Positions 1 through 18,900 of a stretch of 64,000 bases of DNA are shown here, one piece after another. The stretch is taken from assembly GCF_009914755.1 (NCBI RefSeq), contig NC_060939.1; one strand, 5' to 3'. This DNA is from the human T2T-CHM13v2.0 reference genome, Homo sapiens. The position numbers and the translations under genes are program-made. The notes below the pieces were generated by a model. It was given only the letters and a program-made list of their open reading frames with translations, did no database searches and was not told the origin of the DNA. Every line of letters begins with the position of its first letter. Positions within the stretch are counted from its first letter, which is position 1.

Positions 1-2162
<2,162 letters not shown>

Positions 2163-5100
2163 GCCTAGAGTAGAGTCCCATCTCCTGGGTGATCAGTGCA
2201 GAGATATTTCACAATGTCCCTACAGGCAGAGCATAAGCATGTGTTACACTACCTAGATGATCAGTGCAGAGATATGTCACAAGGCTCCCTATAGTCAGAG
2301 CCTGGACAAGAGTTACATCACCTTGGTGATCAATTCAGTGATATGTCACTATGTCCCATAGGCAAAGCCTAGTCAAGCGTTACATCACCTCGGTGATCAG
2401 TGCAGAGGTATGTCACAAAGCCCCCTTACACAGAGCCTAGACAAGGGTCCCATCACCTGGGTGACCAGTGAAGAAATATGTCACAATGCCCCAGTAGGCA
2501 GATCCAACACAAGAGTTACATCACCTGGGTGATCAGTGTAGAGATATGTCGCAATGCCCCCATAGGCAGAGCCTAGACAAAAGTCCCATCACCTGGTTGA
2601 TCAGTGCAGAGATATGTCACAAAGCCCCTGTAGGCAGAGCCTAGACAAGAGTTTCATCACTTGGTTGATCAGTTCAGAGATGTGTCACAATGTCCATGTA
2701 GGCAGATCTAAGACAAGAGTCCATCAACTGGGTGATCAGTGCAGAGATATGTACCAATATCCGCTGCAGGCAGTGCCTAGACAAGAGTTGCATCACCTCA
2801 GAGATCAGTGCAGAGATATCTCACAAAGCCTTCTGTAGGCAAAGCCCATACAAGGCTTACATCACCTAGGTGATCAGTGCAGTGATATGTCACAAAAATC
2901 CCTGTAGACAGAGCCTACAAAAGAGTTACATCACCTGGGTGATCAGTGCAGATACTTCACACAATGACCCCATAGACAGAGCCTAGACAAGACTTCCATC
3001 ACCTAGGTGATCAGTGCAGAGATATGTCACAAATCCCCCTCTAGGCAGATTATAGAGAATAGTCCCATCACTTGGTTGATCAGTGCAGAGGTATTTCACA
3101 ATGCCCCCTGTAGGCAGAGAGTGGACAAGAGTTACATAACCTAGGTGATCTGTGCAGAGCTCTCTGTGCAAATCGCCCCTGTAGGCAGAGCCTAGATAAA
3201 TGTTACATCACCTGGGTGATCAGGGCAGAGATACGTCACAATACCCCCTGTAGTTGGAGCCTAGACAAGAGTTACATCACCTGGGTGATCAGTTCACAGA
3301 CATGTCAAAATACCCCCTGTAGGTGGAGCCTAGATAAGAGTTACATCACCTGGGTGATCAGTACAGAAATATGTCACAAAGCCCCTGTAGGCAGAGCCTA
3401 AAAAAGAGTTACATCTCCTGGGTGATCAGTGCAGAAATATGTCACACAACCCCTGTAGGCCGAGCCTAGACAAGAGTTACGTCTCCTGGGTGATCAGTGC
3501 AAACATATGTCACAAAGCCCCCTGTAGACAAATCCCACAAAATTGTTACATCGCCTGGGTGATCAGTAGAGATATCTGTCACAATTCCCCTTTAGTCGCA
3601 GCTTAGACAAGCGTTACATCACATGAGTGACCAGTGCAGAGATATGCCACAATGCCGCCAGTAGGCAGATATAGACAAGAGTTACATCACCTGCGTGATC
3701 ACTGCAGACATACGTCACAATGCCCCGGTAGGGAGAGCCTAGACAAGGGTCCCATCACCTGGGTGATCAGTGCAGAGTTATGTCACAATGCCCCCTTTTG
3801 GCAGAGCCTAGACAAGGGTTACATCACCTTGGTGGTCAGTGCAGAGATATGTCATAAATCCCACTATAGGCAAAACTTAGACAAATTTTACATCACCTCA
3901 GCCATCAGTGCAGAGATATGTCCCAATGCCCATCTAGGCAGAGCCTAGACAAGAGTTGCATAACCCGGGTGATCCGTGCTTATTGATATCACAACTCCCT
4001 CTGAAGGCAGAGACTAGAAAAGAGTTACATCACCTGGGTGATCAGTGCTGAGATATGTCACAATGTCCCCTGTTGGCAGAGCATAGAGAAGTGTTGCATC
4101 ACTTGGGTGATCAGTGCAGAGATATGTCACAATGTCCCGTGTAGGCAGAGCATAGAGAAGAGTTGCATCACCTGGGTGATCAGTGCAGAGGTATGTCACA
4201 ATGTCCCCTGTAGGCAAAGCTTAGGCAAGGGTTACATCACCTTTGTCATCAGTTCAGGGATATGTGAAAACGCCCCTGTAGGCAGAGCTCAGACAAGAGT
4301 TACATCACCTAGTTGATCAGTGCAGAGATATTTCACAATACCCCCTGTAGGCAGATCCTAGACAAGAGTTGAATCACCTGGGTGATCAGCGCAGAGATAT
4401 TTCACAATGCCACCTTTGGGCAGAGGGTACACAAGAGTTACATCACCTAGGTGATCAGTGTAGAGATTTGTCAAAATTCCCTGTAGGCAGTGCTTATAAA
4501 AGTGTTACATCACCTAAGTGATCAGTGCAGAGATATGTCACAAAGCTCCTGTAGGCAGAACTTAGATGAGTTACATCACCTGGGTGATCAGTGCAAAGTT
4601 TGTCACAAAGCCCCCTGTAGGCAAAGCCTAGACAATAGTTACATCACTTCGGTGATCAGCTGGGAGATCTCTCACATTTCCACTGTAGGCAGAGCTTATA
4701 CAACTGTTATATCACCGGGGTGATCAGTGCAGACATATGTCACAATGCCCCCATACGCAGATCCAAGACAAGAATCCGTCACGTGAGTGATCAGTGCAGA
4801 AATATCTCACAATGCCCCCTTAGGCAGAGCCTAGACAAACGTCCCATCACCTGGATGTCAGTGCAGAATTATGTCACAAAATCCCTTTAGGCAGATCTTA
4901 GACAGGAGTTACATCACTTGGATGATCAGTGCAGAGATATGTCACAATGCCACGGTAGGCAGAGCCTAGACAAGATTTACATGACCTAGGTTATCAGTGC
5001 AGATATACATCGCAATGTCCCTGTAGGCAGGGCCTTGACAAGTGGTACATCACCTGGGTGATCATTGCAGGGAAATGTCACAAAGCACCCTGTAGGCAGA

Positions 5101-6303
5101 TCCCAGAAAAAAGTTACATCATCTGGGTGATCAGTGCAGAGATATGTCATAATGCCACTGTCGGCAGAGCCTAGACAAGAGTTATATCACCTGGGTGATA
5201 AATGCAGTGATATGTCACAATGCCGTGTAGCCAGAGCCTAGACTAAATTTACAGTACCTGGGAAATCAGTGCAGAGATATGTCACAATGACCCCAGTAGG
5301 CAGAGACTAGGCAGGAGTTGGATCACCTAGGAATCAGTGCAGAGATATGTCTCAATCCCCCTGTGGGCACAGCCTAGAAAAGGGTTACATCACCTAGGTT
5401 AACAGTGCAGAGATATGTCAAAATGCCCCCGTAGGCAGAGCCTACACAAGTGTTACATCACTTAGGTGATCAGTGCAGAGATATGTCACAATACCCACTG
5501 TAAGCAGAGCCTAGAGAAGAGTTACATCACCTGGGTGATCAGTGCAGAGATATGTGACAAGGCCCCTTTAAGCAGAGCCTCGACAATTGTTACATCACCT
5601 GAGTGATCAGCGCAGAGATCTGTCACAATGCCCCTTTAGGCAGAGCTTAGACCAGTGTTACATCGCCTGGGTGATCAGTGCAGAGATATCTCACAATTCC
5701 CCTATAGGCAAATCCAATAAAAGATACCGTCACCTGGATGATCAGTGCAGAAATATGTGACAATGCCCCCAGTGGGCAGAGCCTAGAGAAGAGTCCCATC
5801 ACCTGCGTGATCAGTGCAGAGATATTTCACAATGCCCCTGCAGGCAGAGCGTAAGCAAGAGTTACATCACCTAGATGATCAGTGCAGAGATATGTCACAA
5901 GGCCCCCTTCAGGCACAGCCTGGAGAAGAGTTACATCACCTCGGTGATCAATGCAGTGATATGTCACTATGCCCCATAGGTAGAGCCTAGTCAAGCGTTA
6001 CATCACCTGGGTGATCAGTGCAGAGATATGTCACAAAGCTCCCATACAGTGAGCCTAGTCAAAAGTCCCATCACCTGGATGATCAGTGCAGAAATATGTC
6101 ACAATGCCCCCATAGGCAGATCCAACACAAGAGTTACATCAGCTGTGTGATCAGTGTAGAGATATGTCACAATGCCCCCATAGGCAGAGCCTAGACAAAA
6201 GTCCCATCACCTGGGTGATCAGTGTAGAGATATTTCACAAAACCCTTGTAGGCAGGGCCTAGACAATGGTTACATCTCTTTGTTGATCAGTTCAGAGATG
6301 TGT
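2163..6303 (+). repeat. Beta satellite array
   Basis: ~60 tandem 68-bp monomers matching the consensus. Confidence 0.95.
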
Positions 6304-8939
<2,636 letters not shown>

Positions 8940-9150
8940 TCTAGCTCTCTTTGCCGGCCTCCTGGCTAGACCTGCGCTCATTGCGCACCCCGGCTGACAT
9001 GCAAGGGAGCCCGCTGGCCTCTCTGTGCTCTTGTCCATCTGGTAAATTCTGGCTGAAGCTCTCCCAACACCTTCCGATGCTCTTTAGTCAAAGCCTGGAG
9101 AATAGTTACATCTCCTGGATGATCAGGTCAGAAATATGTCACAATGCCCC
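8940..9150 (+). other. pLAM-like segment (DUX4 exon-3 homologue) without ATTAAA
   Basis: CCTGGCTAG|ACCTGCGC acceptor at 8968-8969; runs into beta satellite; the PAS position reads GTCACA (9138-9143). Confidence 0.85.
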
Positions 9151-12100
9151 CTCCCAGCGGAGCCTAGAGATTTGCATCATTTGGGTGATCAGTGCAGAGA
9201 TATATCACAATGTCCCCTGTACAAATAGCCTGGAAATGATTTACATCAACTCGGTGATCAGTGCATAGGTATGTCAGAAATCCCCAGTGGGCTGAACCTA
9301 GACAAGGGTTACATCACTTAGGTGATCAGTGTAGAGATATGTGAAAATTCCCGTGTATACAGAGACTAGACAAGTGTTTCATGACCTAGTGATCAGAGCA
9401 GTGATAAGTCGTAAAGCCTCCCATAGGCAGAGTGTAGACCAGTGTTTCCTCCCTGGGGTGATCAGTGCAGAGATATGTCACAAAGCCCCTGTAAGCAGAA
9501 CTTTGACAAGGGTTACATCACCTGTTTGATCAGTGGAAATGTATATCACAAGCCCCCTGTAGGCAAAGCCCAGAAAATTGTTACATCACCTGGGTGAGCA
9601 GTGGAGAGATCTGTCACAATGCCCCTGTAGGCAGAGCTTAGAGAGGGGTTCCATCACCTGGGTGATCAGTGCAGAGACATGTAAAAATGCTCCTGTAGGC
9701 TGAACCTAGAGAGGAGTTACATCACCTGGGTGATCCGTGCAGAGATATGTGAGAATTTCCGTGTAGGCAGAGCCTAGACAAGAGTTACATCACCTAGGTT
9801 ATCAGTGCAGGTATAATTCCTAAAGACTCCTGTAGGCAGAGTGTAGACAAGAGTTCCCTCCCCAGGGTGATCAGTGCAGAGATGTGTCACAAATCGCCCT
9901 CTAGGCAGAGTGTAGAGAAGAGTCCCATCACCTGGGTGATCAGTGCAGAGATATTTCACAATGCCCCCTGTAGGCAGAGAGTGGACAAGAGTTACATAAC
10001 TTAGGTGATCTGTGCAGAGCTATGTCAAAACGCCCCTGTGGCAGAACCTAGATACATGTTACATCACCTGGGTGATCAGTGCCGAGATAAGTCACAATAA
10101 CCCCTGTAGGTGGAGCCCAGACAAGAGTTACACCACCTCTGTGATCAGTGCAGAGATATGTCACAAAGCCCCTGAAGGTGGAGCCTAGACAAGAGTTACA
10201 TCACCTGGGTGATCAGTGCAGAAATATGTCACAAAGCCCTATAGGCCAAGCCTAGACAAGAGTTACATCTCCTGGGTGATCAGTGCAGAGGTATGTCCCA
10301 ATGACCCCTGTGGGCAGAGCATAGAGAAGAGTTGCGTCACCTGGATGATCAGTGCAGAGATATGTCACAATGTCCCTTGTAGGCAGAGCATAGAGAAGAG
10401 TTGCATCGCCTGGGTGATCAGTGAGGAGATACATCACAATATCCCCTGTAGGCAAAGCTTTGACAAGAGTTACATCACCTTTGTCATCAATTCAGGGATA
10501 TATGAAAATGCCCCCGTAGGCAGAGCCTAGACAAGATTTACTTCACCTAGTTGATCAGTGCAGAGATATTTCGCAATATCCCCTGTAGGCAGATCCTAGA
10601 CAAGAGTTGAATCACCTCGGTGATCAGTGCAGAGATGTTTCACAATGTCCCCTTTGGACAGAGGGTAGACAAGAGTTACATCACATAGGTGATCAGTGCA
10701 GAGATTTGTCAAAATTCCCTTTAGGCAGTGCTTAAAAAAATGTTACATCACCTAAGTGATCAGTGCAGAGGTATGTCACAAAGCTCCTGTAGGCAGAACT
10801 TAGATGACTTACATCACCTGGGTGATCATTGCAATGGTATGTCACAAAGCCCCCTGTAGGCAAAGCCTAGACAATAGTTACATCACTTGGGTGATCAGTG
10901 GCGAGATCTCTCACAATTCCCCTGTAGGCAGAGCTTATACAACAGTTACATCACCTGGGTTATCAGTGCAGTGATATGTCACAGTGCCCCCATAGGCAGA
11001 TCCAAGACAAGAGTCCGTCACCTCGGTGATCAGTGCAGAAATATGTCACAATGCCCCCTTAGGCAGAGCCTACACAAAAGCCCAATCACGTGGATGATCA
11101 GTGGAGTGTTATGTCACAATGTCCCTTTAGGCAGATCCTAGAAAAGTGTTACATCACCTGCGTGATCACTGCAGAGATATGTCACAATACCCCTCTAGGC
11201 AGAGCTTAGACAAGAGTCCCATCACCTGGGTGATCAGTACAGAGTTATGTCACAAGCCCCCTGTAGCCAGAGCCTAGACAAGTGTTACATCAGCTGTGTG
11301 ATCAGTGAAGTGACGTGTCACAATGTCCCTGTGGCCATATCCTTGAAAAAAGTGATATCACCTGGGTGATCAGTGTGGAGATATGTCACAATGTCTCCAG
11401 TAGGCAGAGCCTCAACAAGAGTTACATCACCTGGGTGATCAGGGCAGAGATATGTCACAATACACCCTGTAAGCAGAGCCTAGACAAGAGTTGCATCACC
11501 TCAGAGATCAGTGCATAGATATTTCACAAAGCCTTCTGTAGGCAAAGCCCATTAAAGGCTTACATCACCTAGGTGATCAGTGCAGTGATATGTCACAAAA
11601 ATCCCTGTAGACAGAGCCTAGAAAAGAATTACATCACCTGGATGATCAGTGCAGATATTTGACACAATACCCCCATAGACAGAGCCTAGACAAGACTTCC
11701 ATCACCTGGGTGATCAGTGCAGAGAAACGTCACAATACCCCCTGTAGGTGGAGCCTAGACAAGAGATACATCACCTGGGTGATCAGTGCAGAAATATTCC
11801 ACAATGCCGCCACTAGGCAGATATAGACAAGAGTTACATCACCTGCATGATCACCGCAGAGATATGTCACAATGCCCCTGTAGGCAGAGCCTAGACAAGA
11901 GTCCCATCACCTGGGTGATCAGTGCAGAGTTATGTCACAATGCCCGCTATGGCAGAGCCTAGACAAGGTTTACATCACCTGGGTGATAAGTTCACAGACA
12001 CGTCACAATACCCCCTGTAGGTGGAGCCTAGACAAGAGTTACATCACCTGGGTGATGAGTACAGAGATATTTTACAAAGCCTCTGTAGGCAGAGCCTAAA

Positions 12101-15100
12101 CAAGAGTTATATCACCTGGGTGATCAGTGCAGAAATGTGTCACAAAGCCCCTGTAGGCAGAGCGTAGACAAGACTTCCATCACCTGGGTGATCAGTGCAG
12201 AGATATGTCAGAAATCTCCCTCTAGGCAGAGTATAGAGAAGAGTCCTATCAACTGGGTGATCTGTGCAGAGATATTTCACAATGCCCCCTGTAGGCAGAG
12301 AGTTGACAAGAGTTACATGACCTAGTTGATCTGTGCAGAGGTATGTCAAAACGCCCCTGTAGGCAGAGCCTAGATAAATGTTACATCACCTGGGGGATCA
12401 GTGCAGAGATACGTCACAATACCCCCTGAAGGTTGAGCTTAGACAAGAGTTACATCACCTAGGTGATCAGTTCACAGACACGTCACAATACCCCCTGTAG
12501 TTGGAGCCTAGACAAGAGTTACATCACCTGGGTGATGAGTACAGAGATATTTTACAAATCCCCTGTAGGCAGAGCCTAAACAAGAGTTATATCACCTGGG
12601 TGATCAGTGCAGAAATGTGTCACAAAGCCCCTGTAGGCAGAGCCTGGACAAGAGTTACATATCCTGGGTGATCAGAGCAAAGATATGTCACAAAGCCCCT
12701 TGTAGGCAAATCCGAGAAAATTGCTACATCACCAGGGTGATCAGTGGCGATATCTGTCACAATTCCCCTTTAGGCCCAACTTACACAAGCGTTACATCAC
12801 ATGAGTGATCAGTGCAGAGTTATGTCACTATGCCCCCATAGGCAGATTCAAGACAAGAGTGCATCACCTGGGTGGTCAGTGCAGAAATATGCCACAATGC
12901 CGCCAGTAGGCAGATATAGACAAGAGTTACATCACCTGCGTGATCACTGCACAGATATGTCACAATGCCCCTGTAGGCAGAGCCTAGACAAGTGTCTCAT
13001 CACCTGGGTGATCAGTGCAGAGTTATGTCACAATGCCCCCTTTTGGCAGAGCCTAGACAAAGGTTACATCTTATGGGTGATCAGTGAAGAGATGTGTCAC
13101 AAGCCTCCTGTTGCCAGAGCCTAGACAAGTGTTACATCAGCTGTGTGGTCAGTGCAGTGACAAGTCACAATATCCCTGTAGCCATATCCTTGAAAAAAGT
13201 GACATCACCTGGGTGACCAGTGCAGAGATATGTCACAATGTCTCCAGTAGGCAGAGCCTACACAAGAGTTACATCACCTTGGTCATCAAGGCAGAGACAT
13301 GTCACAATACCCAGTGTAAGCAGATCCCAGACAAGAGTTGCATCACCTCGGTGATCAGTGCAGAGATATGTCTCAATGCCCCCTGTCGGTGAAGCCTATA
13401 GAAGAGTTTCATCATCTTGGTGATCAGTGCAGTGATATGTTAAAATGTGCCTGTAGGCAGAGCCTACACAAGAGTTACATCACCTGGGTGATCAGTGCAC
13501 AGATACTTCATAAATCCCACTGTAGGCAAAGCCTAGACAAGTTTTACATCACCTCAGCGATCAGTGGAGATATATGTCCCAATGTCCGTCTAGGCAGAGC
13601 TTAGACAAGAGTCACATCTCCTGGGTGATCAGTGCAGAGATAAGTCACAATGCCCCCATAGGCAGAGCCTAGACAAGAGTTACATAACCAGGGTGATCCG
13701 TGCAGAGTGATATCAAAACGCACTCTGTAGGCAGAGACTAGAAAAGAGTTTCATCACCTGGGTGATCAGTGCAGAGATATGTCACAATGCCACCTGTAGG
13801 CAGAGCATAGAGAAGAGTTGCATCACCTGGGTGATCAGTGCAGAGATATGTCACAATGTCCCCTGCAGGCAGAGCATAGAGGAGAGTTACATCACCTGGG
13901 TGATCAGAGCAGTGACATGTCACTATGTCCCCTGCAGGCAAGTCTAGGCAAGAGTTACATCACCTTTGTCATCATTTCAGGGATCTGTGAAAACGCCCCT
14001 GTAGGCAGAGCCTAGACAAGAGTTACATCCCCTTGTTGATCAGTGCAGAGATATTTCACAATACCCCCTGTAGACAGATCCTAGACAAGAGTTGAATCAC
14101 CTGGGTGATCAGTGCAGAGATATTTCACAATGCCCCCTTTGGGCAGAGGGTAGACAAGAGTTACATCACCTAGTTGATCAGTGCAGAGATTTGTCAAAAT
14201 TCCCTGTAGGCAGTGCTTATAAAAGTGTTACATCACCTAAGTGATCAGTGCAGAGATATGTCACAAAGCTCCTGTACACAGAACTTAGATGAGTTACATC
14301 ACCTGGGTGATCAGTGCAAATGTATGTCACAAAGCCCCCTGTAGGCAAAGCCTAGACAATAGTTACTTCACTTGGGTGATCAGTGGCGAGATCTCTCACA
14401 GTTCCCCTGTAGGCAGAGCTTATACAACAGTTACATCACCTGGTTGATCAGTGCAGAGATATGTCACAATGCCCCCATAGGCAGATCCAAGAGAAGATTC
14501 CTTCACCTTGGTGATCAGTGCAGAAATATGTCACAATGGCACCTTAGGCAGAGCCTAGACAAAAACCCCATCACCTGGATGATCAGTGCAGAGTTATGTC
14601 ACAAAATACCTTTAGGGAGATTCTAGACAAGAGTTACGTCACTTGGATGATCAGTGCAGAGATATGTCACAATGCCACTGTAGGCAGAGCCTAGACAAGA
14701 GTTACATGACCTAGGTGATCAGTGCAGAGATACATCACAATGCCCCTGTAGGCAGAGCCTGGACAAGAGTTATATCACCTGGGTGATCAGTGCAGTGATA
14801 TGTCACAATGCCGTGTAGCCAGAGCCTGCACTAAAGTTACAGCACCTGAGAGATCAGTGAAGAGATATGTCACAATGTCCCCAGTAGACAGAGACCAGGC
14901 AAGACTTGGATCACCTCGGGATCAGTGCAGAGATATGTCTGAATCCCCCTGTGGGCACAGCCTACACAAGAGTTACATCACCTCGGTTAACAGTGCACAG
15001 ATACGTCAAAATGCCCCTGTAGGCAGAGCCTACACAAGTGTTACATCACTTAGGTGATCAGTGCAGAGATATGTCACAATACCCCCTGTTAGCAGAGCCT

Positions 15101-15821
15101 AGAGAAGAGTTACATCACCTGGGTGATCAGTGCAGGGATATGTGACAAGGCCCCTTTAAGCAGACCCTAGACAATAGTTACATCACCTGAGTGATCAGTG
15201 CAGAGATCTGTCACAATGCCCCTTTAGGCAGAGCTTAGACCAGAGTTACATCACCTGGGTGATCAGTGCGGAGATATTTCACAATGCCTCCATAGGCAAA
15301 TCCAAGACAAGAGTCCGTCACCTGGGTGATCAGTGCAGAAATATGTGACCATGCCCCCAGTAGGCAGAGCCTAGAGAAGAGTCCCATCACCTGGGTGATC
15401 AGTGCAGAGATATTTCACAATGCCCCTGCAGGCAGAGCGTAAGCAAGAGTTACATCATCGAGATGATCAGTGCAGAGATATGTCACAAGGCCCCCTATAG
15501 GCAGAGCTTGGACAAGAGTTACATCACCTTCGTGATCTATGCAGTTATATGTCACTATGCCCTGTAGGCAGAGCCTAGTCAAGCGTTATATCACCTGGGT
15601 GATCAGTGCAGAGATATGTCACAAAGCCCCCATACACAGAGCCTAGACAAGTGACCCATCACCTGGGTGATCAGTGCAGAAATATGTCACAATGCCCCCA
15701 TAGGCAGAGCCTAGACAAAAGTCCCATCACCTGGGTGATCAGTGTAGAGATATATCCCAAAGACCCTGTAGGCAGAGCCTAGAGAAGAGTTACATCACTG
15801 TTGATCAGTTCAGAGATGTGT
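9081..15821 (+). repeat. Beta satellite array
   Basis: ~99 tandem 68-bp monomers. Confidence 0.95.
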
Positions 15822-18369
<2,548 letters not shown>

Positions 18370-18580
18370 TCTAGCTCTCTTTGCCCACCTCCTGGCTAGA
18401 CCTGCGCTCATTGCACACACCGACTGACGTGCAAGTGAGCCCGCTGGCCTCTCTGTGCCCTTGTCCATCCGTGAAATTCCGGCTGAGGCTCTCCCATCAC
18501 CTTCTGACGCTCTTTAGTCACAGCCTGCAGAATAGTTACATCTCCTGGATGATCAGTTCAGAAATATGTCACAATGCCTC
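18370..18580 (+). other. pLAM-like segment without ATTAAA
   Basis: Acceptor AG 18398-18399; PAS position GTCACA 18568-18573. Confidence 0.85.
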
Positions 18581-18900
18581 TCCCTGTGGAGCCCAGAGAA
18601 GATTTGCATCATTTGGGTGATCAGGGCAGAGATATTTCACAATGTCAGCTGCAAAAAAAGCCTGGAAATGATTTATGTCACCTCGGTGATCAGTGCATAG
18701 GTATGTCAGAAATCCCCAGTAGGCTGAACCTAGACAAGGGTTACATCAATTAGGGGATCAGTGTAGAGATATGTGAAAATTCCCGTGTAGACGGAGCCTA
18801 GACAAGTGTTACATCACCTAGTGATCAGGGCAGCGATAAGTCGTAAAACCTCCTGTAGGCAGAGGGTAGAAAAGTGTTTCCTCCCTGGGGTGATCAGTGC
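18511..18900 (+). repeat. Beta satellite (short forward block ending at an inversion junction)
   Basis: Forward monomers end at GATCAGTGC (18900). Confidence 0.9.
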
